DNA of 64,000 bases from Paramoeba atlantica (lineage: Eukaryota; Protista; Discosea), in assembly GCA_977017575.1 (NCBI GenBank), contig CDRNVI010000011.1:249308-313307 (forward strand), in the 5' to 3' direction. Of this stretch, positions 35,251-45,661 are shown in pieces. Under the pieces are notes generated by a model, which saw only the letters and a list, made by a program, of their open reading frames with translations, was not told the origin of the DNA and ran no database searches. A program made the position numbers and the translations under genes. How positions within the stretch are numbered: position 1 is the first letter of the stretch; every line of letters starts with the position of its first letter.

Positions 35251-35924
35251 AGTCAACAAGAGGGGTTTTGCCCATATGAACTACGTATGAACTAAGAAAG
35301 CGGATGGATGAGAAAGAACCAAAATTTACCCCCTCACCTGCAACGTGTGGCAAAATTTAATCCGTTAGGCCGAGCAGAGGAACTGCCTAAACTTGATGCG
35401 ATCGGGAAGGCGGCAAAAGCGCTAGAGGCAAAGGAACGACAACCACTGTCTACTGAAGAGATAGCTAGGGCCATCGATCAACTTCACCCAAAGGTCTTTC
35501 AGGTTTATAAACATTTACCGGCAAAAATCTAAGGACATTGAAAAGCAGGGTGAAAGGGAACCGGTTTTGCGCCAAAATTTTAAATTTTTCTAAAAAGACT
35601 TATAATTATTTTAAAAAGTGTTTTTGTATTATCTGATACTTTTTCGGCCACTTTGGACATGAAATGTCGGCAGTACACTGATTTTTCTTGTACTGACAAC
35701 AGGTCATACACATATTTGGCAGCGGCAAGCGAAAGGGACATTATTCAACGACTAGCGGACCACGAGTTTGTATACCAACGTGTAGAGTCTCCTAAAAGCC
35801 ATGGGCCATGAGTAAGGTAGAATATTCTATTAGCGGTGAGATAAGAAAAGCGTAAGATTTCTTGGCAATTTTTTAGATATTATTTTTGACGCAAAATCGG
35901 TTCCCTTTGACCAAAAGCAACTTA

Positions 35925-38900
35925 ACTGACAGGGCTCGCCAGAGGATCCGCCAGGCTGGACACGCGAACTTCTTATACCGCTCCTAGGTGGCCAGAGTAT
36001 CGTTGCCTTGGATAGTGCTGCGAAACCCCCGAAACGCTCAGCTACGGGAAGTCTTAACCAGCTCCACTCTGACCTTGCTGCTCAAGGAGGGCCTTTCCTT
36101 AGAAGGATCACCAGCCTGCCGACCTATAGCAATCGAGTTTTTTGTAAAGATCGAGTTTTTTGTAAAGATCGAGTTTTCTGTAAAGATCGAGTTTTTTGTA
36201 AAGATCGAGTTTTTTGTAAAGATCGAGTTTTTTGTAAAGATCGAGTTTTTTGTAAAGATCGAGTTTTTTGTAAAGATCGAGTTTTTTTTAAATATTCGCA
36301 AAATGGCGGATGCGTCCGGTGTGTGTGAGGCCACGACCATCATGAATCTTCTTGCGCATTCCACGCTCGATCGGGGGGTTTTGTTTCGTCCTGCAGAGGG
36401 CGGGGCAGAATCTGCCAAACTCCGCGTGAAATCGTTGCGACAAATTATGCGGGGCTTGCAGTTAGGTGGTGAGCTGGCGGTGGTATGGAGGTACGCGAAT
36501 TCATCGCACTACAGCGTGTGGGAGGGGGTTGTAGAGTGCCGGATGCTGAACCACTGGCGTATTCGCTATGTTCAGTGTCCGCGGTTTACGCTGCCATTTC
36601 CACCATGTAGTCCTCACATCGTCCTTCGTGCTGTTCGCCTGTTCGTTCCTAACAGTTGGCGTCGCAGGAAAAAGCGGTTTCGCAAACCGAGAGCTCAGTC
36701 CGGCAAACGGGATCTCCGTGATTCGGTGGGTCCTAGAGACCCCGCTGTGAAGAGGATGCTTAGCGTTGGAACCTTAAATGTAACTACTCTGAAGCTGAAG
36801 GGTGAGGATGAGTTTAGTGTACGAAAGTGTGGGCACCTTTATGAAGTAATTAATTTTATGGATACGAAGGGAATACATATCTTAGGCTTACAGGAAACGC
36901 GGTACAGATTTTCTCCTTCCGAAAAGTTTGATGTACTCTACCGCAAAGTGCGCTACCGGAATACGGATTATCACTTAAACCTCGTTACAGCACGGGCAAG
37001 GGATGCATACAACGGTATGGGTTTCGTCAGCACTCTTCCTTTGACTAAGGTTTCTAAGATCAGTGAAAGGATAATGTCTGGGGAATTTGAGATGGAGGAT
37101 GGAGTCGGTACAGTTGTCAATGTTTATTCTCCTACAAGGGACGCGTCAGACGTCGAGATAAAAAAGTTTTATGGTGAATTAGAGCGTTGTTGTCTGGTAG
37201 TGCGAGAAAACAATTCACGTCGTCCTCTCATAGTCATAGGAGACTTCAACGCACCGCTAACGCACATAACTAATAAGGAACAGGATCCACTTGCAGCCGC
37301 ACGACTCAAAGGTCTATCATGTTCCATAGATTGCAAATCTGCACATAGCCTTTGCCCAAGAAGCCGGAAGTGGACGTGTGAATTACCAAACAAAGCTCTG
37401 AGGCAATTAGATCACATTTTCATTTGTAGCAGATTCGCATCGGCAATTCAAAGACACAAAGTGATTAAAGCACCTATTCCTACCACTCATTGTTGTGTCA
37501 TTGCGAGTATCAGGATAAAGTGGCGAGTTACTGCCCATAAGTCGAATAATAATCAGCTTTCGTGGTTTCTTCTTCGAAACAGTGATATTAGAACGGAATT
37601 CGTCAAAAATGTTCACTGTCAGCGCTTAGCGAATGCTGAGTCAGGAGCGACATGGGGAGAACTTGCAAAATGTATGGTGAGTGCTGTGAAAACTTTTAAA
37701 AAACCTTCGAAACGAACCGCGAATAAGGAATCGGTAAAGGACTTTAAGATACACGACTTGCGCGGTTTATATCAAAAAAGCAGAAATAAAACCACATTCA
37801 ATGCGCTATTAAGAGAGCATAAGGAAGAAATTGAAGAAACTATTTCAAACGAATGCGTCGAGATTGAAAATCAACTTCGTAAAAATCATGCGAATCCGTG
37901 GAGAACTATTCGACAAATTTGTGGGCGGTATAGAGACACATTTAACACAAGCGGGGGCTCACGAAACAAGAAGCTACAAGAAATTCGAAATCACTTCATG
38001 CGGTTCAGTGGTTATGACTCGGGAAATCCGGATATTAGCTTCGAGATGCTTCCGCCACCGCTCGTTCCAATTTCAGACGAACCATTTAGGGGCGAGGAAT
38101 TGATCACTTCTTTGTCTCTTTTCAAGAAAGGAAAAACTCCAGGAAGTGACGGGATACCAATGGAAGCCATACAGGCAATATCAGGGCACCCAGATCTCAG
38201 ATTACAACTCCTAGAAATCATAAACCAAGTCCATGCAACGGGGGTTACTGAGGAAGCTTGGCGAATCACGCTACAGATACCCATTCCAAAAAAGGGAGAT
38301 TTAACAAAGATCGAAAATTGGAGGCCCATATGCGTGGTAAACAGTATAGTGAAACTTATGAACCATATGATACTTTCCCGCATTAGGCCTAACATAGAAA
38401 AATCTCTTCGGGATAACCAATATGGTTTTCGACCCAACCGACTTTCGACCCAACCGCTACTGTAGGCGCCCAGATCATCATGAACGAAGTCAAAACTAAA
38501 GCATTCAGAGGAGAAGGCCTTTCGGTAGCCCACATAGATTTCGCGAAAGCTTTTCCCTCGGTTTCCTTCGCAGCGATAAAAGCTAGCTTAGATGCATTCC
38601 GTGTGGGACCTTGTCTATTCAGAACTATCATGTCAATATACAGTAATTTGAAAGGCACCGTTCGAACTCAGCTTGGCACTACCAAACCTTTCCCTATTGC
38701 AACGGGCATACTTCAAGGCGACGTCTTAGCGCCTTATCTTTTTGTAATGGTATTGGATCGTATTTTGAACAAAGCACTAGACGACAATTCCGACGGTGCT
38801 CTTTTAAGTTCGAGAGGTACTAGGAAAAGGGGTCTTTATGAAAAACGCCTCACTGATATTGACTATGCAGACGATATAGCATTGTTTAGCGACACAAAAA

Positions 38901-40400
38901 GCGGATTAAACAATATGATAGACAATGTAGCCACAGAAGCCAGCAAAGCAAATCTACAGCTAGCCGTTGGTGTAACGAAGACAACCTGACTAACGTTCGG
39001 AAAATCAACAAAGAACAGTGACAACATTCAAAGCAATGTTGTCGGGAGCATTCCGAAAGTTCAAACATACAAACACTTAGGGCATCACCAGGAAAACGAC
39101 TTTACATCAACAATGAAGGAACGTTTAAAGTTGGCTTGGGGTTCTCTTTTTCGTTTGAACGGGATTTGGCCGTCGTCTTTGAGTGCAGGGACAAAGCTCA
39201 GACTATACGATTCCCTTGTTTATCCGGTGTTAAATTTCGGAACGGGGGCCCTCTCAATATCGCAAACAATGCTCCGACGAATTGACGTTGAGGTAAATAA
39301 TATGAGGAGAATTGCATGTCAATGCGACAAATTGGATGAATATGGGATGTGTTACCCGAATGCATCTTTATATCTTGGCACGGAGAAATTTTCAACAATT
39401 CACAGGGTACAAAGAGCTAAGCTTGTTGGACACATGCTTCGTCACTCATCTGATTTCCAAGAGCTCGTCAAGTGGAAACAGCGGACCAACGCACGACAAC
39501 CTTCCCCAAGCGAGGCTTGCTTGAAGGATTTGTACATCACCCTTGAATAAGCCTTGGTGTATGCAACTGACCGCGAACATTGGTATCAACTAACCGAAAA
39601 GTTGCGAAGAGAGCTCGAGCCTATTATTCAATATGAAAAGTGCGGGCCCGTTAGATGTAAAAATGCCCTGGCAAGGGCGAAAAAACACAAAAGTCCTTCC
39701 GAGTTACAATTCGTTGAGGAGTCAGACATCCCTTTTCCAGCATATAAAACTACGCAAATTTATACAGACGGTTCAGTATTGCCGATGCGGGGCACGGATG
39801 AAATTCGAAGCGGTATCGGAGTTGTAGTATTAAAACCTAGATTAAAACCTCTACGAATATCTGTGCCTCTAGAATCTGAAACAATTGAGCGAGTCGAAAT
39901 AATGGCCTTTCAGCAGGCCTTACGTCAGCTCCCGGAAAAACCTTGCGCATGTCTTTTTCATACAGATTCGTACTATCTTTGGGAATTTTTTCACATTCTT
40001 CGTCATCAGAGGCGCATTGTTGGATATAAGGGGATCACAAACAGAGATTAATTTTATGAACTTGACAGAAAACTCCGTGAACTAAAACATGAATCATTTT
40101 CAATTTTTATGTGCAAGGTAAAGAGTCATTGTGGGAACAAATGGAATGAGGAGGCGAATGGGTTGGCACTCATGGCAGCACGAAAAATATCTCGACCTCC
40201 TGTACAGAAAAGGAGAAAGACAAGTGAAGACACCGAGGAGTCTCAGACAGACAAATCTTTGCAAAAACTGATTAAAAATAGAGCCTTAGAAAAGGGAAAG
40301 GCGAAAACATTGCCAGCACCCAAGCGCGGGGCTGAGGCAAAAGGGAGACCCCGAGGGAAAGTAGCGAGAACTGGTGGCAAGAGGAAGCCCTCTGAGTAGG
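35925..40400 (+). mobile_element. Near full-length non-LTR retrotransposon, single ORF APE-RT-RNase H, inactivated
   Basis: ATG at 36303; APE (GTLNV, LQETR, GDFNA, QLDHI); RT (NWRPI, QYGFR, IDFAKAF, GILQGDVLAPYLF, YADD); RNase H (IYTDGS, RVEIMA, HTDSYY, VKSHCGNKWNEEA). There is a frameshifting tandem duplication near 38430-38455 and stops at 38989, 39550 and 40051. The 5' boundary is approximate. Confidence 0.92.
36132..36289 (+). repeat. 18-bp tandem repeat ATCGAGTTTTTTGTAAAG, 8 full copies plus a partial
   Basis: Direct reading; ends 14 nt before the retrotransposon ATG. Confidence 0.95.
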
Positions 40401-40485
40401 TGTGATAAGACGGAAGTGTTCTCCGCTGGTGAGGAATATTTGTAAGATTAACGAAAAGTAATGCGTGTTTTCAGTAGTACACATA

Positions 40486-42722
40486 CACTGCCGCCAAAAT
40501 TTATTGAATTTTTAATTGGTGTCGAAACCGGACAACTTTTAATTTAAAATTTAATAATTTTTGTGCCAATAATTTTTGTAGAAATGTGTACATGCGCAAA
40601 TCTTGGGCTGTGGGAAATTAAGCGCCCGTCGTAGTGTTTTCACGTTCTTATTGACTACCGTGGGTTGGCGGGTTGCTCGTCTCATGGCCTTCGTCAGGTG
40701 GAGTGAAATGGTGCGAGGGTGCATTCCAACAGAGAATTTATCATTGTACTCTTATTGGTAGATAAAAGCAATGCATGTATTAAAACAATGCAGCTAATGT
40801 TGCGTACAAAGGTGAATAACAAAAAAGCGCGCGCGTTAAAATATTTCATTTTAATATCTAGTGCGGGGAAAAAGTGTAGACCGATAGAACAAAACATGGA
40901 AAAAACCCCACAAAATATCAGCATAAAATCTGAGTAAATGTTATTGCGCACTTTCACAATTCAATACCATCAGAAAATTCAATACAATCAAAAATATTTT
41001 GCAGGTGCTCATCAAAGGGGGAGTCACAGCAACTAAACTTTAGGACCGATTCCGTACGATGAGAGAGGAGTAAACGTCAGACTCTGAGCGGATTTATAGC
41101 GCTCCTTTTGTCTTCGCGTCATTCCACGAAGTCGCTGGCGTAGATTCGTGATATCTTCAGCCTCTCGTCTCTGGAGTTCCAGTTCTTCAGTTGAGAGTAC
41201 CTTACGAGGTCGGCCGCGTTTTCGCTTTTCTCCAGGTGCGCTTCTTTCGATTGTGGCGCTTGCTGTCGAATTTTCGTTCTCTTCTATTATATTGATGTCC
41301 CCTTCTGCGTTCCCAATGGATGAGGTGTTAATTTCGTCGGAACCTTCATCATCCAAGAGCTTAGGATAATCTGAGCTTGGGGAAGTTCTTGCATAGCCTG
41401 CACAATGTACGACACTTTTTTCTCTCGGCAAAGTGTTCGCGATGTGCAAATAACGTTGGAGATGGCTGAATTGAGGTCGGAACGCGCAAAGATGCGGGAT
41501 ACATCATCGTTGTAGAGCTGAATAGCGCGTTGTTTTAGGCCAGAGATTACAAACTGATCTGCAGGTTGAAAGACATGCGTCATTTTCTTGGGAATACGAA
41601 CTACGTCGCAAGAACCAAGGAGAATCTCATCAGTACCACTATGCTGAGTGGCTTCATCAATAATCAAAAGGGCGGGGGCAGCGGGCTTCTTCATAGCTTC
41701 ACGTTCGGAGGCAAGTATCTCCTTAAAGCGACTCAAAAAAGTTGCCCACGTCGAGGCGTCTTGAAAATGAGATCCTTTCCGGGCACATTGTAGAACACGT
41801 GGGTCGCTACCAACATTGACGAATACGCGACTCGTTCCCTGGAATATGAACTGTAACATTTTGATTTCTCCAGCTGCAGATGAAAGAACGTTGCAAGTGA
41901 AACCCTGCTTTTCACGACGAACTGAAATTGTGCGGGACTCGCCTGGATTAATGCGTTCCCAGGTCCAAGTGGCATTTGCTTGTCCTAATCCCAGACACAC
42001 AAAGAATTCGTCTGTGTTAAACACAAGCTCTTTTTCACAACGATTTTTATAGCTTTCAAGCTGTGAAAAGAATGTTTTAGATGCCTCAACAACTTCATTC
42101 GGCGTAACAGTTCGATCGCTAGTAGCGTGGCGGACACGAATGTTATTTTGCTTCATCCAGTCCTTTGCCCATGATAGCGAAAACTTCAGAGGACCCCCCT
42201 TTAGGGATGTGGATTTCGGGGAAGATTGCTCTTTGATACCGCGGGCCACACTAGCTACAAGAGCCGCGTACACTGGGACAGCTTGCTCCCTCATTTTATC
42301 GAAAGCTTGAAGGACAAGTGAAGATTCCTTTCCCGTAAGTAGGCCACGCCGGCCGCGACTACCGATGTTTTCTAGCGAGCGCATGCCCTTATATTGCGAA
42401 ACGCAAGCAGCCGAAATTATTCGTCCAAATTGATCCAAAAATCTCTCCATAACTAGTGCATTTTTACATGCACCTCGAGTGTTGTCAAAAAGCCATTCGC
42501 GCTCGTCCGGCGCTAAATCTTTCGAGGACGGCTGACTTTTCTTCGTCTGATGGATCGAATTCGCTACCAAAAAATGCTGAGCAATGTCCTGGTTGACCAT
42601 CTCGAGCGGTTGACAAAAAATAAATAATAAATAAAACGCAGGCAAAAAACGACCATTTTTAATTAAAAATTCAATAATTTTTGTACCATGAATATTAGCG
42701 ACAATAAAATTTGACTGGGGCG
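40486..42722 (-). mobile_element. pogo/Tigger-like DDE transposon; transposase 41287-42600
   Basis: CENP-B-like HTH (LKFSLSWAKDWMKQNNI) and catalytic LVFNTDE, LIIDEATQH, FQPAD. TA|CACTG..CAAAATTTATTGAATTTTTAATT left end with an imperfect inverted copy at 42661-42683. The track start at 42645 is a TTG; the first ATG is at 42600. Confidence 0.8.
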
Positions 42723-42962
42723 TATATAAACTCTGAATTTGGAGGTGGAAGAATATAAGTTTGAGAGAACAATGTTATGTATTCTAACCGACTTACGTCG
42801 GTCTATTGGATTGGATTGGATTGGATATAGCAATGGGTAAAATCTTTCTTAAATTGGCTAGCCGAATCACCATGGACAGGGTAGCAGAAGCAACGGGCAG
42901 ACTTTTCCAAGATGCACAATTTGGTGTTGGAACAAGAAATAGAAATAGGAGGACCTAAAATA

Positions 42963-43144
42963 ACCCAGATTGAAAGGGGCGAAGGAGATACGAAGCAACA
43001 GTCGTGGCAGATTCCCACTGAAAAGAAATGGTATCTCCCCGTACCAAGTTTGTCTCCGAGCCAGCAAGCGCTAAGGCTTTTCTCGTGCGGGGAGATTCCA
43101 TTTCTTTTCAGTGGGAATCTGCCACGCCTGTTGCTTCGTATCCA
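42963..43144. mobile_element. Fold-back MITE related to 57634-63459
   Basis: Arms AGCAACAG..GGCAGATTCCCACTGAAAAGAAATGG and their reverse complement. Confidence 0.7.
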
Positions 43145-43679
43145 GAACGTCTAAAACTTCAACGAAACAACAAGAACCAAAAGGTTCAGACAAATATAGA
43201 CGGGAAAAGTGAAATTAAACCAAAGCTGCGAAGCCCACAAACAAAAAGAAAGCATTCTACAGAACGCGTTTCACGTGACTAATGGTATTTGAAATCTTGT
43301 GAAATATATTCCCCCCCCCCCTAATTTCAAATTTTGAGTAGTGCTTTTGTAGCCCGGACAAGGCGAGCAGTTCTTATTCATGTTTTTTCTGTCAGATTGT
43401 TTTTATTCTTATTACTATATTTATTATTTATCGTAGATATATAAGGTTATAAGTTTTATGTTCATATTTATATGTTAGTTGTATTGTTTTATTTTAGCGC
43501 TCAAGTAGTTGATACCTTCAATTTACGTTGAACTCTAGGGGCGTTGGTGGTTCCATTTCCTGGTTTATTGTAATGAAAAGACTCATCCTTATGCGAGGGC
43601 TCATTAAAACAAACACTAAATTTGAGATATGGTAAACAGTTGTGTGGTCAGTGTTTTTAATCTAAGGTGTGAAGATGTT

Positions 43680-44119
43680 CTGTCAGCGAGCAGTGCCACT
43701 TAAAGGACCACTAAAAGGTTCCAAGTTTGTTAAACTGCGTTATCGAGTCGTTTGCGAAGGTCTTATACAGGGGGGTGGAGCTAAATCTGGGGGGTCTAAA
43801 TTTCGTAAAATTTAGCCAATTGTAGAAAATAATAGCGCATTCGGGAGCTCTCTCGAATCCCTCTGGTGGAAAATACGTCGTTTCCTGCCGTTTTGAGCCT
43901 TACTTTTTTATAGCGAAAATGGCACTTTCTACCAGAAGGATTCGAGAGAGCTCTCGAATGCGCTATTGTTTTCTAAAATTGGACAACATTTACAAATTTT
44001 AGACCCCCCCAGATTTAGCTGCACCCCCCTGTATAAGACCTTCGCAAACGACTCGATAACGCAGTTTAACAAACTTGGAACCTTTTAGTGGTCCTTTAAG
44101 TGGCACTGCTCGCTGACAG
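43680..44119. repeat. Perfect 88-bp inverted repeat (43680-43767 / 44032-44119) enclosing the MITE
   Basis: Base-by-base reverse-complement match; no flanking TSD is visible. Confidence 0.9.
43768..44031. mobile_element. Tc1/mariner-type MITE (TA|CAGGGGGGTG...CACCCCCCTG|TA)
   Basis: Long imperfect TIRs and TA flanks. A related element lies at 56360-57103. Confidence 0.75.
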
Positions 44120-44275
44120 GTGCAACGAGACAAAAGTACGAAGGGTTGTATTCAGAGGTAACGCATTCCACTTCACCCTACGTATGCTTCACCGCCTTCG
44201 CATCAGCAAATCGTTGGGATCATTAGGATCCCATGCAAGCCCATCTCATTCAGCCCATCTCAAATCTTGATAGTT

Positions 44276-45172
44276 TTATATAGAAGGAATTATAGCTAAC
44301 GACTGATTGATTTCATATACCGAGGAAAAAATGTAAGTAGGGTCTAGATGACGATCAGTACCAAATCCGTTTTCGAGCCTCTCTGATCCTGTCTGCACCC
44401 ATATTGTACTACACCCCATACTTTTACCTAACGCGATATCAGTAGAAAGACGGTCGCCTATAACGATAGAACTAACGGGACTTACTTGTATGTTATGCTC
44501 TTCCAGATACGAACGAATACCCAAGGAGTTCGGCTTTCCACATATAACATCCGGCTGCTTTCCAGCTGCCATACTCACTGCAGCCACAATCGCCCCAGCA
44601 CCGGGGGTTCCCAAGCCACGAGATGACGGGAGCTGCGGATCACTGTTGGTTGCAATGAAATAAGCGCCGTCTTGCACACATTGCGAAGCGTAGGCTATTT
44701 TGTACATATTTATTCTTGAATCCATTCCAACGACTACTGCTGCAATATTATTTTCTCTCCGGTCCGACAGATATTTGTTTAAAAATTTAGATGCAGTGTA
44801 TGCCTGATTTTTATCCTCTTCCCCTAAAGTAGTGAATCCGGCGCTACGTAGTTCACAGTGGAGGCCGCTCTCGCCAATAACGTACACCAGTGCGCGTGGA
44901 ATGCTGCTAGAACGACGTTGCTGAAGTAAGCGAGCGCAGAGAAAACCACTGCTTATGATGTCTTCTTTCCTTGGTTCAGGAAACCCTAAACAGGTGAATT
45001 TGTTCAGATATTGAAGTCTTGAGAGAGTAGAGTTGTTAGTAACAAAAAGGATGCGCTTCTCTAATTGACGCAGAGTCCGAATCAGGTCGACGGCTCCTCG
45101 AATAACTGCACCATCTCTCCAGAGAACTCCATCACAGTCGAAAACCCAGACAGAATACTGCAGAAGATCCAT
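44276..45172 (-). CDS. PGP: HAD-IIA phosphatase (phosphoglycolate / p-nitrophenyl phosphatase family)
   Basis: VFDCDGVLW, FVTNNS, FIATNSD, CGKP and IGDRLSTDI. Confidence 0.9.
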   Translation of the reverse strand: MDLLQYSVWVFDCDGVLWRDGAVIRGAVDLIRTLRQLEKRILFVTNNSTLSRLQYLNKFTCLGFPEPRKEDIISSGFLCARLLQQRRSSSIPRALVYVIGESGLHCELRSAGFTTLGEEDKNQAYTASKFLNKYLSDRRENNIAAVVVGMDSRINMYKIAYASQCVQDGAYFIATNSDPQLPSSRGLGTPGAGAIVAAVSMAAGKQPDVICGKPNSLGIRSYLEEHNIQVSPVSSIVIGDRLSTDIALGKSMGCSTIWVQTGSERLENGFGTDRHLDPTYIFSSVYEINQSLAIIPSI

Positions 45173-45329
45173 TGTTTTTTATCCTTTTTGGAGGAAAATT
45201 CCAATTTCTAGATGGAAGAAATAGAAAAGCACAGAAAAGAGAAAAATATTATTCTCTATACCGACGTTTTAAAAACTTTGCTTCCAGTTCCTCTTCTCCA
45301 CTCGACAAACGAAACACATACATGTATAC

Positions 45330-45494
45330 TACAGTACATGAGGGGCTGATCTCGTTTTGAGGCCGTCCAACCACCCTCCCGAGCCAAAACCGCCCGCGAG
45401 GGATGTCGCGTGATCTGACGTGATCTCGCGTGATATCACATGATCTCGCGTGATCTCGTCTTGGGCCTCACCCGCAGCCCCTCAATAGATGTAT
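45330..45494. repeat. Small MITE-like unit with internal (GCGTGATCTC)n
   Basis: TACAGTACATGAGGGGCTG versus CAGCCCCTCAATAGATGTA; a similar left end occurs at ~57362. Confidence 0.45.
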
Positions 45495-45661
45495 GAAAAA
45501 CCACTTAAGCGTTTTATGCAAATTAATCAGACTAAGAGTTTATGACCTAGGAGGTCATGTCACGCGTAGGGCTTTTCTACGTGCTACATATACATGTATT
45601 TCACATGTTTTTTTCACAATTAAAGCGAACAAAATACGACGCAAGAAAGCGGAGTTGAATT

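Noticed and set aside
36132-36289. CRISPR-like array, or a genuine (IEFFVK)n protein repeat
   Set aside because: The units are contiguous with no unique spacers. The track ORF starts at a GTG, and the homologous second copy starts at the downstream ATG.
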